This document shows, one piece after another, positions 12,601-35,127 of a stretch of DNA of 64,000 nt (within the stretch, counting starts at the first letter, position 1; each line of letters starts with the position of its first letter). Under the pieces are notes generated by a model. It did no database searches. It saw nothing but the letters and a program-made list of their open reading frames with translations, and had not been told where the DNA came from. The translations under genes were made by a program, and so were the position numbers. The DNA is from Yuukianura sp. NJ FZ-2021 (Eukaryota): the NCBI GenBank assembly GCA_046563655.1, contig CM102288.1, positions 2,480,001 to 2,544,000 of the forward strand, read 5' to 3'.

Positions 12601-15600
12601 TATCCAGAAAATTCTGTTTTGCCCCTTTACAGTCCAGTCCAATAGCCACAAAATCTCCTTTGTACTCTCTCATCATCAATTTGAAGTCATCGTATGTCAG
12701 GAAATCCTTGTGCTCAAATCCAGAAGTTTTGAACATTCCATCAATCAGTTCCGTTACTTCTCCATCAGACAAACTGTTGGTTTTGGCAATATCCACAAGT
12801 GACCTCAGCATTTCTGACAACTCCACCTTGTCAATGACCCCATTCCGATCGTTGTCACACATATCAAAGATGATTCTCAGTTTATCTTCAGTCTTTCCTT
12901 TGGAAAATAGGACCACCGTGTCCAAAAATTCTTGAAACGATATCCGTCCATCTCCATCTTTGTCAACAATGTTGAACATCCTCTTGACAAAAACAGCGTC
13001 TCCCTTCATGCCAAGCGCTCCAGCAAATTCCGATTGGCTGAGACTTGTGCGCATGACCATGATGACATCAGGCGACACATCTTCAAACTTCCGTTTTTCT
13101 CCCGGTTTCAATCCAAAAGTTAGTGCGTAGGCTTCACGAAAAAAATGTTCCAGTCGTTTTTGTCTTCTCTCCTTTGTTTCAGCGTTATTGAGCATCACAT
13201 CTTTGAGCGTCGTAATAATTTCCAGTGATTTGGAAATACTTCTTAGAAAAGTTTCCAACTTGTTTATAAACTTGGCTCGGGATTGGACACTATCAAATTC
13301 CAGCACCAAGTCATGGTCTCTTGGCACTCGAATCAGCAGCATCGGTTTAGTATTTGAATCTTGTGTAATTTCAATGTTCATTCCTTCAACATTGCGCAGT
13401 TGAACAGCCCGTAGTTTCTCTCCTTTTCGATTTGTTGTGTAAATGGCTTCTTCTGGACCAAACTTCACTTTGACCAATCGTTTATGATTTTGATGTAGCC
13501 ACTCTTTCACCATAATTTTATCCACAGATTTCCCATTGTTGTTTTCTTCTTGCTTAATTTTGAAACGAAGTCTACGATTATTTTGCATCCGAACTACAAA
13601 CCACCCTGCTCCAGCACATGCAATTGGAATCAAACACAGAAGTAAACAGGCGTTGATATACGTCACTTCATTTCCCTGCAATTTCAGAAAACCAAACAAC
13701 ATGAAAATGAAATTTTGAAAATAAAAAACCAAAATTTTGCAAATCCGTTTTCCAAAAATACCTCAAAATAGTCAAATCCCGTAAGATACTTGCAAGGATC
13801 CAAAACAGTTGAATTGAGTTGCATCGGTTGAGGGCAAGGATCTCCTTCTTTCCAAATAAAAACATTTCGCTGAATTTCCGTCGCCTTAATCGTCGTACTA
13901 TTCAAAATCACATCAGCCAGCGTCGTCGCACGGATTTCCTCAATTTCTTCTTTACTGAACATCCTGAAACGTCAAAACAAAGTCCATTCTACGTCATAAA
14001 CGTAACAAATTTCACAAAACCAGACAGTAAATGTCAATCTCAAGGATTCAGACACTTAACATCATACTTAACGGAACTTCATTCATTTCCACTACTGTCG
14101 TCATATCAAAAATATCGAAGTGGGAAAGATAGGGCGTTGACGCTTCCGGAAATTTTTGGGCGTGGACAACACACACCTAACCAGCTTTTTGTTTTCAATT
14201 TCCAAATGTCTCATTCACATTCACTACCACAACAAAAATCAAAATCCACTCTATTGCATTACTCACAACAATGTCCAACATTCAAAGTTCAAAAATTTCA
14301 CACTTTAAAAAAATTCAAAATTCTGCCAAATATTGAAAACACTTTGATGTTGACAACCATGACTGCAATTGCACAGACTGACATAAGGACACATTTCTAA
14401 AATTTTGCAACTTTTCAACATTTTTTGATTGAAATTGAGCAGAATTGAAGTGCCCACAATGAAATCAACATCACAAAGCAAAAGCAGAGCAAAGGCATAA
14501 AAATGTCAACGCCAATGAAATGACAATGGCCAAAATCCCAAAGTGCTAAAAGCCTGTTCCCAACTAGCATAACTGTAACTTTTGCATAAATTGCTGAGGG
14601 TCATGTCGATTAAAAGAGAAACGTGTCAATTGATACAAAGTAATTGCTCTAACACTTTCATACCCACACCCACTTCTTTTAAAATCAAAAAATTCAAATT
14701 ATTCACATCACAAGATGAACTCATTTCTCAAATATCCACTTCAATCATAGATTCTAATCACATATTTCATTTTTTCAACATTTCCACACGCATTATTATT
14801 ATGCATCTTACATAAAATGTGGTCATGCATGTTATGTAGGTGTTAGATGATTTGTAACAAATCAAAAATCACTGCTACCAACTAACTAATGCATCATTCC
14901 CCATTTAAATACGGGTCAAATCCACTAATCACTGCCCACATTAAACTCAAATGTTGGAAAATGTTGGAAATGCTGCCTCCCAGCATCCAATATTTTCCTT
15001 CACTTTCATTCCTAGTCGTTATCCGTCATGATCGATTGCTAAACCAAAAGGAGAAGCCCTTCAATTAAAAACCAATCTACCCTAGAACACATGCAATCCA
15101 ATTGGACTCAAGTAATTACTTATGCAACACAGCATCATCATCTCATTTGGCAAAAACTCAAAAGTCTAGGCACATCATTTTCAAAAAAAGTGTACTTTTT
15201 CAAAAACTTTTCTAAAAACCAGTTTTCAATATCATAACTCACCCGTTTCGTTCATTTTCAAACCAGAAGCGATCAGCGTCTCGTATTCTCCGAAACTGTT
15301 CTAGAATAATTTGACGAAACAGTTCTCCAGGTCCATCATGCGTCTCCAGCATTCCGCCCAAGTACAAATCAACATTATTCAAGTCATCTCCGTACAGATC
15401 CCGCAACTTGTTTATCATTTCTTGCTGAAAAAACAAACAAGATTCAATTAGTTTAAGTTCAGCATTCCTACACGTTTGAATTCTTGTCTTGTTTGTCCGG
15501 ATTCTTACATTTTCTTTGAACAAACTTGGATTAATCTCAGTCCAATTTGTAATTTTAGGTAAATTGAAGCATTTGCGGACAGTGTTGTAGTCGGGAAGTC

Positions 15601-18600
15601 CATTATCCCTTCCACGCATAATGTTAAGGGCTCCCAAGTCTCTCCTTGAAAAATCCATTGGTCCGAATAATTTGTCACGAACGTCTGAGCAAAGAATCAC
15701 ATCTTCCTTCTCTGCAATTTGAGAACTCATGCCACGAAGTAGGTCTTCAACTGACGAAGATGCCAAAACATCCTACAAATAAATGTCAAAATACATCGTA
15801 AATGTTGACAGACACAAAAAAAAACATTAAAAACTTTGCCACGTTATTTTCACACGCACACAACAAACGTTAAAATTTCACAAATCAAAATCTCATCCCT
15901 TAGACCACTTATACTGGCAACATTTTTCAAAATTTTGTGTTCCACAACAATTCCACTCAAACATTTGCCAAAACTGATGCCCAGGAAAATCACTCAAGAT
16001 CAGATTTAATTTTGCTGAGGTGGCTCAAGCAGTGTGTACTTCCAAGTATTCCTTACATCTGAGTCCCACCAAGTGGCACAAAGTCGCAATGCTGGAGCCC
16101 CACCGGGAGTTAGCCTAATTGGACATTCGTTTCCTGGAGATGAAGCTCCTCTTCTGTAGATTCCTGGAGGAATCAGCGTATGTCCAAATCGAAAAGCAGC
16201 ACTTTGGAATACATGGGTGATACCCGGATGGGTATCAGCCTTATACCCAGAGTACTCTGGCAGTCGATCACCCAGAAATGCTGGCAAGTATTCATTTACA
16301 ATGATACTCTGAAAAACAAAATCTCATCATCATCTCATCACCAATATCGCCTAAAATAGAGCAGCATCTGAATTTCACATTTCAACACAACCAAAAACCC
16401 GAAATTTTTTATGCACGGCGTTTAAGAATAAAATTTTTACCTGGAGCGTCGCAATTACTCTTCGGCGAGCTTTTTGAAAAATTTCTTCATCAGACCAGGA
16501 TGGATTTGCTTTTTGAATGTTCGCCGCTACTTTGTTGTGGTACCGAAAAAATAGGATTCCAAAGGCCAACAGTGCTGGATTCTGGTTCGTCCGCGCATCT
16601 CCCAACACTAGAAAAAAAATTGCAAACAAAAAACAATGTTACAAAGTAAATAACAAAGGAATAACAGCACCATCATCAATCATCGTTCAAGTTCCAATCA
16701 AAGCCCAATCAAAACCAATGACTGCAACCTACTCAAACACTACATCACAACTCCGCAGTAGTTCGTGACACTTGACACGTACTGACTCAACAATACTTCT
16801 GCAGCATCATTTTCATCTTACAACTTCCCAAACATCAAAGATGAACTTTTGAAACACTCGTCTTCTTAGCCGTAGGCGAACACAACAAAGTCCAATCTTT
16901 CAAATTTTTTGTCACTTTTTTGTCAAAGCAAATCTAAAAGTTGCCGCAGTACTTTGAAGTCCTGATCCAGAATCCGATACCACGCAAATCCTGGACATCC
17001 ATTCTAAACCAAACGTCGTCACTTCTAAAATTCACCTTGTCATACAATCAATTAACCTTGAATCCCCTAGTACTGTTGACACATTCAAACAGTTAAATGT
17101 TGACATTCCTCAATCCAAAAACCACATAAAAAGCCCAAAATTGCAATTCGTTCTGCTTCAACACATTGTTCTCCCCCACAATAACCAGAAATGAATCCAA
17201 ATCATCAAAAAATACAAAGGACTTTTTGAGTTCTAACCCAAAAAATACATTTTTCATCTCAAATCTTACAAAAATAGTGTAACCAAAAACGTCAATTTTG
17301 AGCATCATCATGAAAATAAAGGTAAAGTGGCACACGAAGGACGAGTCATTTCCAAAAACACCCAAGGACATCCAGGAAACGATTTTTCAAGAAGAAAAAA
17401 ACAAAATTTCCAACCAAAATTTTCATTTTAAGACTAAAATTAACAATGCATTTCAAAACTAACACCTTGTTCCCTTCCTTCTTCAAAAATCTTAATCTCC
17501 AAACAAAGGCACTTCAACAACTCTTCACCTACACACAAAAAATGTTACAAAAAAAAGTAGATCTTCAATTTCCTAAAAGCACTTTCAAGTGCAATGTCAA
17601 ACTCTTAAAAAAAAGTAAGAGGCAAAAAGTAAACTGGAACCATAAATTAAAAATTATGACATTTAATTAGTCATAGTCCTTTTAACGATCTCAACCCTCT
17701 CTGTCCTAAGCACACTCCTAAAAATTTCATCTTCCTCCAATTTTTACAAATGCAAAAACAACTAAATCTTTACAATTAAGCACCCTTCATAACGTGCGCA
17801 AATTGGCAAAAAATTACTACGATGAAAAAAAGACACGAAAATGAGCATTTTCCAAATTTTTACCAGCATTTCTTTCAAACAAACGAAACTAATTTTTGAA
17901 ATAATTTTTCAAACACAGGATTTTTTCAGAAGTTTTCTAAACGGCATTCAGGATAGGGGGCTGACTAATCGGCAGAATGCGCTAAAAAATCATCATGAGC
18001 TCATGCCTATTAAATTTTCTTAACAATTCAGTTTCCGCCTCCCCAATTCATCAGTATTCCACAGATGGATTGGCTTTAAAAAAAAAAGTTTGCAAAATTG
18101 GTAAATTTTTTGTTACAAGTGAATTTCCTTTAGGAAATGCACTCTGTTACTAGAAACAATGACATGGGGAGAGCAAGCACAACCATCATCATCATCATCA
18201 AATCATAACCACTTTAAGGTTACTTGCCTCTGACTTCATGAGTGAAGTCCTCATGATGCTGGTGAGGTGGTTACCAATTGTCTACAAAATCCTTCCTAAT
18301 TATAGACTCTTAGTTAGTAATTACACTTAAACTAAACTTCTGCTTCCACTTTTACAATGAAAATGGTGACTTCTGCTGCTGCTTGATGCTTATTCCAATT
18401 CCAAGCAGACAAAGGGCCAAAGGTCCTTCCTGGATCCATTTACAAATTAGAAAATTAGACACACAGCATAGCAGCATCAAGGATACTGGCGTCAACAGCA
18501 TCCGCAGTAGCAGTAGCACCAGGTCTCTACCATTCTCATGTCATCTCTTCCTTGCTCTAATCCAATTGACTACGGTCAGAAGATGAGGAAAAAATGGCAA

Positions 18601-21600
18601 TTTAAAATTGCTCAACAAATGATACACCAAATTTCCAATTTTTTCACGAAATTTCAACCCTCTACTGTACTTATCGTCTCTCCCATCAAACTGAGAGCAG
18701 AAAACTGCAGCAGCAAAGACACTTTTTGGCAAACTAAGGCTATGTTAGGTTAAACGTTCAAAAGTTAACTTACGGAACATCCTTTCTGGATTGAGCATCC
18801 TTAGTACATGTGGTGACGGAGCATTCGCCAGCGGAACTCTTTCTGTATTCTTCGGTGGCATTTCCGGATGCTCAAGATCTGTTCGAAATGTTCCATTTTC
18901 AAACGAGCGCATTGAAGCCACCCACGCTTCGGATACGCTATAGATGAAACTTCCGTCAATCCAACTCGTCATTCTATTCGTCTGAAAAGTAAAAACCAAA
19001 ATAAAATTAAAATTTTCAATTCAATTCAAAAATTTTGAATCCAAAATTGTGCAACAATTTCAATTTCAGATTCGTTGATCTGAATGTTAGAAAACTAATG
19101 TTTTTGGGTGGGGAACAATCGAAACCTTTGCTGAAAAGCAACCACCTCCAGCACACTGTCAAATTCATTCAAGCGGTGTTTAAATTTTTCTAAAAACTTA
19201 AAAAATTGATCAGAAAAAAACATAAAATTCAACACGAAATCCACATCATCCAAAGGAAGCCGCCTGAACGTGTCGCTCTTGGCTGTGTTCACGCTGAGTA
19301 ATTTCCTTATAAAGTTTAGTAATTCGTAACCTTAACCCCCTTAAGTGGTTAAGTTCCTTCTGAAAACGTAAAAGACATAACGAAAAGGACACTCAGTCAC
19401 TTGAAAACGTTCAAGATGAGAGGAAAAGCTACAAGAACAAACACAAAAGTGTCATATTGTTCCTTCCCTCATCCTATCAAAACATCGTTCCTACAACTTG
19501 TTATTTCCACTAAATATTATGAAATTCTGCGACTCAAACAATGTGACAGACATTGGCACAAGACATTCAAATCCTGTGTCACTGACACCACAACCATTTT
19601 CCTAAAGGTCACCACAACCAAATCGTCGTCACTTCACTCCTCAGTTGAGTGACCAAGTGCAACTACCTTCCAAAAACTACAACTTTTTACCAAAAATTGC
19701 AATTTTTACCAAAAACACAACTTTTTACTAAAAACTTCCCAAGTTCACTTGTCAGTTGCAGTTTTTAGTCTCAAAAATTAAATCCTAGCTCAAATAATTA
19801 CACCTTAGTAAAACATAAACTAAACGCCAATTTTGAAATAACTACCAGAAGTACATCAAAATTTGAAATCTCGTTTTCGTTTTTGAACTTACTTGTTCCC
19901 TTGGACGATTTGGACTCTGGCCAGTCTTCCTGTCGTATCCAGCACGATGAAACGGCATGAATTTGTTTCCTTTGCAGTCCTTGTCATACATGTCATCACA
20001 CTTCTCAATGTCAATTCGATGCATCTCAATTGGACATCCCGACTCACTCGCCATTAGAATCTCACTTGACACGACTTGACCTACAACAGACACAAAAATG
20101 ACAAAGGATTATTTGATCTAAGCCTCTTAAAACATTAAATTAGTTCAACTAAATCATTAATCAGTCTCACACCTTCCTTCTAAGGTGTGAACTTGCACAG
20201 TACTATTAATCCCCCATAACTTTTTTCAAATTAAATCCCACGCTCTGCAGGGGGTTAGACTAAAAAGCTAAGAATAGACACCCCAGCCAACTCCCTTCTG
20301 TTGAAACTAATCCATTTACAATTAATTACGTAAGGCTTTAAATGGAGCATTGTCCAAAGGGAAACCCTCTCAATAGGGGAATGTTCAAGAGAGCAATTTA
20401 GAGTTAATGACAAGGTAGGGCCAGGAGTATAAAAAATCCACATTCCAAATGTTAGTTCTATTTGATTTTTTGCAATGTAATCGCCAATTATGAATGTTGG
20501 ACTGACCAAAGAAGGCAAGCATTGCCGTTCTATTTCGACTTGATCTCAATCCATCTTCTCCTCGCATAAAAACTTGACTTAATTTCCTTGGACTAGGACG
20601 ATTTTGGCCAGCTAACATGTACACACCATCAGCATAGGCCGGAGGAGTCTTCCGAGTTAACTGAGTTTCTAGAGGTAGCAAAAAATAAGTATTACATATT
20701 AAACATTATTTAACATTTTACTACACAAAAATTAAAAACTATTTTAGAATTTAATCATAAAAACCGAATATTCCTGCAATATTTTTGGTCAATTGAAATT
20801 TTAAAAACTTCGAAGGTTGAAAGTTTTGTAAAAGTTATGTCAGTTACGTAATTGTTAGTTAGGTTAGTTGCGAAATTGTTTGCTACGTTAGTTAGGTAAT
20901 TGCTGGTTAACTTACTTGTTAGTTAAGTTAGGTAGTTAGAACCTTCAATGTTCAAAATTTATGAATTTTATGAAATTATGAATTTTATGAATACCAACAG
21001 AACCCCAATCCGGATGTGCCAAATTGTTGTACCATCCATCGTAGCGCTGTTTTTCTGTTACACTCTCGTGATCTGCAAAACAAAAATTTAACAGAATTTT
21101 AGATTTTGATTTTCAAATGTTGAGAAACTTTTCTTTTATTTTTTCAAAGAATTCTTTGTATTTCTTAGCATTCAAATTGATTCAAAAAGAGAGAAAGTGA
21201 AGACGATTTTCACAAGTTCAATGAAAATTAAATCTGCGTGCTCATGAAAAGTCAAATTCCAAAAGACAATTTCATTGTATTTTTCCTATTTTGATGCTAA
21301 TTCGACTACTATTTCATCACTAACCTTTTTTTGCACATTTTTGACAAGACAATTAATTCGTCAAGTCAAAAAGTCATTTCCTCCCTCAGGTCTACTCACG
21401 TCGTTTCAAATTTTCCTGATTTTTCAAAACGAATCTACAGCTTTCAGTGAAGAAAGTGAGATATTCTTTTTTTTTTGTTCGAACTTACGTTAGTATGGTT
21501 GCAAACTTTAAAAAAATGTTGCAAAAATTGCATTCCACGAGAGAAAAAATAGGAATGGAGAAGTTTAGGGATTCGCGAATCTCAAATTTGCAAATTTGGT

Positions 21601-24383
21601 GGGAGTGGGCCATCTCCCTCAGGCTACGGGTCACTCTACTTTAGTCAATTCCAACCAACCGTGTACTATCACAAAGAACCTGCCTTGTACATGCACTTTC
21701 ATAGTAAAATTAACATCAACCTCCTGCCGACCAAATTATCCTGGCTAAACAGTTCCCATTTTCTGCTATTTTCATTAAAATCTCAAAAATAAACCAAATC
21801 TCAGCACAAATTGCCAAATTTTTGGGAATCTTTACGTTACATCTCAACGCCACAAAGAAGAAAAATTAAAAAATGTTTATGAATTTTATGCTGCCAAACT
21901 ACATGAAAAATCGAATTCGGCGTAAAAGTTACACAATTTATAAAAAAAAAAAAGTTTCACCAAAATTTCAAAAATTAATCCAATTTCAATGGCTGAAAGG
22001 AAATTGTCAATTTTTGAAGAATTATATCTATTTCTATCACAATTTTAACTTTTACCTCATCGCCATACAGAAAACAAATTCAACAAAAACTGTCGAGAAA
22101 AAAAAATATTATGCTATGAAACTACGCTAAAAATAAAATTCGGCGTAAAAGTTATGCAAGTAATAAAAGAAATTGTAAAATTCTCAAAAAGTTTGAGAAA
22201 ATAGAGCAAAACTTTTAGTCCCATGAAGCTGCTGACATCGCATTTCTTAAACACTCAAACGTTTGACTTTGACCTCTTGAAGAACTGTTTAAAATTCATG
22301 AGATTCCCCCATGGGGTCACCCATCAACAATTAATTAGATGACCTTTGATTTTTGATTGTTGGTGAGAGGTGGAAATTAGTTTTTACTCAATTCATTCAT
22401 TTATCACCCTCTTAAATTCTAAAGTTCAATTTCCTAAATTGCAGAACACAGGACTCAACTTCAATCAACTTCTTGTGTAAACTGACATTATGACAGGCAG
22501 AAGCTCTCATCCCTCTTCCTTGGGAAAATGAACCTCATACTTAATGAATTCTAGTCAAAATTAATCATTCCTGCTCAGAAACCATGTTCAGTCTGAATAG
22601 AAAATCAATCAACACAAAACCATCCATTTCACCTCTGACACAAACTCAAACAAAACAACAATAATCAACGTCAATCCATTGTTTACTTTTCAAAAACTCC
22701 AAAAAACTCTGTACTAAACCTTGACTTGCACGAAAATGAAATAATCTAACTTTCAAAATTCAAAATTTAATCAGATGACTGACCAAGGACAACCAACCTT
22801 AATTTTGAATTGGTCATCTAATTGCAGTAATCAATTAAACACAACTTTTCAATTATACAAATTACAGTTATACAAGTTGAGTCAATCAGTATGAGTCAAA
22901 GCTCTAACTTTGTAATATGGATTTCATGGAATATTTTTTGTAAAAAGTACAGCAATGACATCAAATCCTTGATCGATGATCATGTCCTTGACATAATCTG
23001 ACGCACTTTTCTCATCCCCCAACTGACTCTCCTTAGTCATTCATTCACAAAATTTAACACCAAAAATTAATAGTACAACTAAAAAACAACAAGGTTTCTC
23101 TCTTTTTACTCATCTTTGACTAAAAAGTTGAATGTTTGATTAGTAAACCAACTTGTCAATGCTACATTTTTTCTAAAAAAGTGATATCCGGATTCCCACC
23201 CTCGTTTGTCGTCATTCAGTTAGCAAAAAAAACGTCGCGAAAACGATTTTCCCATACTTAATCATAATAAAATTTAACAGTTTTTGACAAACTAAAAAAC
23301 CAATCCATTGACCAAATCCCGAAAATTGGGCAAAGATCCCAACAAAATCAACAAAAACCAGTCATTTTTTCCATTTTCCCACGATTCTGGGAAGCTTTCT
23401 CGTTGTTCATTAGCATTAAAAACTTAGTTAAGCACATAATCATTCCCAATTCATTTAAAAATTTTCCCGTTAATGATCTACTGGTTTGGTTTTTGAATTT
23501 AAATGATCCATAATTCGAACAAACCAGCAGGAGATCGTATCATCCCTGAAGTTTTTGAATTAAGATGTCTTTTGTTTCTAGTTTTTTGTGTAAGTTAGCT
23601 TGTCGAGCACAGAATTTTAGCAATAAGAGGGTTGAATTCAGATGTTTTTCGGGGAGGAAAAGTGGCGTGCAGATATGATTACAATTACAAAGTTGTACAA
23701 TTACAACACAAAACGTGAAATCTGAAATCAAGTCAATTAGAGTCCATTACCTCAAATGAACCCTCAGAACAAGTACACAAATTTACAATCACACCACAGA
23801 TGATATAAATTATAACAGTCGAGAGACAACTGGGATCATACAAGACAAACTTAATGCTAAACTGGTTTGGTTCATTTTAAAAGGAATTCCTACGATACTC
23901 CAATTAAAGGCCCAAAAAATTTATAGGAAATCAACGTCTCTCCTGTCATGCTCAAAAACTTCGACATAAAAACTTACACCTAAGTTTCTCGTCACGAAAA
24001 TCATGAATTCACGAAACCAGCTAGTTTCTGGACCAACTAACTACCATGTTAATCTTACCATTAACTAAACTTAAACTAACATAAAGCTTTTAATTTCTGT
24101 TCTCTTGCATTATCGCATGTCTGTCTCTTCTCCTTCTGTCTATTGAGAACTTTCCTGCTAACTACCACAGACTCTGTACTTTTGACATCCACATCCACAA
24201 CAAAAACAATCGAATCTGATCCAACCCTACCTGTTTATAAGAAATCACAATGTGGGAACTTAACGGAGCAATTAACTTAAATGTAAAAAAGACAATTAAA
24301 ACGAGAGACTTACGTTCAGCTGTAGCCCAGACCTTAAGGGACGATAGATTTAAACACAAACACAGCAGGACCCTGCAGATCAT
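9690..24383 (-). CDS. Duox: Dual oxidase, 16 coding exons, about 1500 aa
   Basis: Exons 24314-24383 (signal peptide [11 protein letters not shown]..), 20995-21072 ([18 protein letters not shown]), 20507-20668, 19893-20080, 18774-18981, 16441-16607, 16057-16308, 15509-15772, 15243-15424, 13762-13963, 12582-13675 (TM, EF hands [12 protein letters not shown] and [12 protein letters not shown]), 12298-12461, 10620-11509 (ferric reductase; HSFTLTS), 10273-10437 (GGGIGVTPY), 10040-10198, 9690-9947 (FSCGP, HHFENF). Phases are consistent; total 4503 nt. The first exon is the least certain. Confidence 0.97.
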
Positions 24384-25144
24384 GATTCCTTCTGCTGAAA
24401 AAGGACTCACAAACTGCTGAGTACTTGAGTCGTTCCTTGTCAACTAACTTCTGTACACTGACCAACTGAAGATGAGGAAGAGACAAACACTTGCAAATCA
24501 CAGACAGTCACACAGGTAGATTCTTCGGTTGAAGTAAACTCACCCCACACACCACACAAAACAACCCCTTCAGTTGTACAATTGCAATGCAAAAGAGGGA
24601 GAGAAAAGGAGGGAGAGAGGGGATGCACTTTTGGGGGGTGAAATGAGACAAAGTTAAATGATGACAGTGGGCACAAAACTAGGCATAAACGTTATCTCAA
24701 CCCGGTCTGATTAAAAGTCATATTTTGCACCACATTCCGATATGGGCATCAAAAAATATTTTTAATAAATTAATGAATTAAATTTTAACATTTTTGTTAA
24801 AAGTATCATTAAATCTATTAGTAACTAAATACCAAGGTAAATAGAATACTACTAGGTAGTGCGGATAGAAAGTTTGTTTGGTTGCCATGTGGAAAAAAAA
24901 ATGACGTCACCCGCTGAAAAGTACCGGAATTCTGCGTATTAATGATGGTGTGCTATAGAAACCCGCAAACCGTATCTTGTTTACATAGATGCCAACGGGT
25001 TAAAATATCACGATTACGGTATTTTTTTAGCTGGTGACGTCACAAACAAAAAATTGCGTTGGTTGCTAATGGTGCTGATTGCAGGGGGCTGACTAAATAC
25101 TAGGTAATCACTGATTACTAATCAGCTGAAATCATTGTTGTGTA

Positions 25145-26079
25145 TGAGGGGAGATCGACTGCTTTTCAACGCGATTTGCTGCAAGCTTTTTTTAAAAAAA
25201 CACAATTAAATTTCCTTGCAGAAAATCAAAACGAACATTTTCTGCAGGTTTTTTTCTTGCGGAAAATCGAGGAGCTGTTATAAAAAGCTTGCGAAGAATC
25301 GAGCCGAGGTTATAAAAAGCTTGCGAAGAATCGAGCCGCTGTTATAGGAAACTTGCGCAGAATCAAGACGTTGTTATGAATTATAATTCACTTTTAAGAT
25401 TTTACGACAGCTGAGTTTTCCCAAGTTAGAATTCTTGGAAAAGTAAACGAAAAAGTTATATTTTGTCAAAAAATTTTGCCACGTCAAAAAGTTAGAGAAC
25501 AGGTCAATTTTTCACGAGACCAACATTTCTAGACGGTAGAGTACGCGTGAATCCTTGGCAAGGCAAATATATCCGAAAGTTGAATTTCAGCTGAATTTTT
25601 CAAAATTCCAAATCCTCAAAAAGTAAGTGTACAAGTGAATTTTTAAAAATTTGGTCACGTCAAAAAGTTAGAGAACAGGTCAATTTTTCACGAGACCAAC
25701 ATTTCAAGACGGTAGAGTACGCGTGAATCCTCGGCAAGGCAAATATATAGAAAAGTTGAATTGCAGCTGAATTTTTTAAAATTCCAATTCCTCAAATTTT
25801 CCGCATGTTTCTTATAACAACGTCTCGATTTTCCGCAATCTTTTTATAACAACGCATCGATTTTCCGCAAGCTTTTTATAACAACATCTGGATTTTCCGC
25901 ATGTTTTTTATAACAACGGCTCGATTTTGCGCAAACTTCTTATAACAACGCCTCCGTTCTCTGCAAGAAAAAAGCTTGCAGAAAATGTTCGTCCCTATTT
26001 TCTGCAAGGAATTCTTGCTTGTGTTTTTTAAAAAAAATCTTGCAGCAAATCGTATTGAAAAGCAGTCGATCTCCCCTCA
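25145..26079. mobile_element. Non-autonomous Tc1/mariner-like element with long TIRs, about 935 bp
   Basis: TA|TGAGGGGAGATCGACTGCTTTTCAA ... TTGAAAAGCAGTCGATCTCCCCTCA|TA. Imperfect inverted arms over 200 bp that include about 31-bp tandem units (GTTATAAAAAGCTTGCGAAGAATCGAGCC). Internal direct repeat of about 140 bp at 25480-25620 and 25656-25796. Confidence 0.88.
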
Positions 26080-26851
26080 TAGTTTTGTACTTCATAATAA
26101 AAGAAATTAAGTTTAAGTTATGGTTAAATACAAATTTGGTTAGGTTATTCAACCCACATTTTGTGGGTGTAAGTGTTGTAAAATAAAAACTTAAATACAA
26201 AAAAAAAAAAAAAATTTGGTTATAACTCGTTAAACAAAAAACAGGATTCATTCTAAATATGTGCTGCAACGTTGCCACGTTTAATTTTAATTTTGAGATG
26301 ATTAAAATTAAAGTGAAGCGAAACATATAAATGAGTAAAAATCGTTTAGAAGTTAATTGGTGAAAGTGAAAGGGGTAGTTTGCAGGCTAAATAATCACTG
26401 CGACTACCCACCTTTAATAATATTAAAAACCACCCTGTAGTGCATTTGTTCCGCTTCGGGTCAGCTGATCACAATTGATGCAATACAGCCTTACCTCAGC
26501 TGATTTGTTAGTTTATGGTGGGTGAGAGGGTGATGTGTGGTGGGTTTTAGTTTTGCCAATATGCAAATGAGTTTGACATTGGGGGTCGGCTGGATGGTGG
26601 GTTTTAGTCCTGAAATTGGCCTCCCGTTTCCCCGCACCTAATTTCCCACCCGCCCCTCTCCTGTACTCCGAACAATTGAGCCACACACAAAGTGATAGGA
26701 GGGAGGACGGCTCGGTGAAGCCATTTTTTGAGCCGCCCCACTTCCACTTCTGTCGAGGGACGTTGATCCCGCCGTTAAAACACACAGAGACCACAGTCCT
26801 TGTTACCCGTATCAGGTCACTGTCAACTTGACCTTTCTTAAATCTCGTAAA

Positions 26852-34616
<7,765 letters not shown>

Positions 34617-34935
34617 ATGGAGAAATAAGTTACAGAGTAACAATGTAAATGATGCGAAACAACCACGACGTAGCGTACCTTTCTTCTCATTTTTGTTTAT
34701 ATTAACAATTAAAAGTGACAACTTAACTATCATTTGATTTTCTAAAGAACGTTATCAAGAAAAGTAAATTATTATATGTACTCCTTTCTGAAACTGCTGC
34801 AATTTCCGGTTTTCTTTGAATCCACCGAAATCCAATTTAGGGTGGGTGTCGATTTCTCGGATATAGCGGATATTCCGGATCAACTATGGCAGATTGCAGA
34901 AATTCAATAGAATTTTCGAATTTTAATGAATTTCA

Positions 34936-34949
34936 ATTGCCATGGTAAC
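34936..34949. promoter_or_regulatory. RFX X-box candidate upstream of the coiled-coil gene
   Basis: ATTGCCATGGTAAC fits the RTHNYYWTRRNRAC consensus; about 180 bp upstream of ATG 35128. Confidence 0.5.
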
Positions 34950-35127
34950 ATGTTCCGTGTTGACATGTTACTGCTAAAAACGCAAGCGCTTTTCGAGGCA
35001 ATCGCTGCTGATGATCGGTACTTGTGAAAAAAATTTTGCGTTTCTGTTCCGACGAGCAGCAGCGCTACACGAATTTTAACTTGTTCCTTGAACTTCTCTT
35101 ACACAACATTAGCAGCCTTCCACAAAA

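Noticed and set aside
20840..20995. TTAGG-like telomeric tract and ATGAATTTT repeats
   Set aside because: Short, degenerate low-complexity sequence, not a true array.
21890..22190. Degenerate direct repeat (AATTCGGCGTAAAAGTTA) in Duox intron 1
   Set aside because: Probably a transposon relic; no boundaries.
23751..23880. Alternative Duox signal-peptide exon
   Set aside because: The hydrophobic frame has no ATG and its donor is phase 0, which does not fit the phase-1 next exon; 24314-24383 fits.
24384..26850. DuoxA maturation factor head-to-head with Duox as in vertebrates
   Set aside because: No such ORF; the divergent gene is Mi-2.
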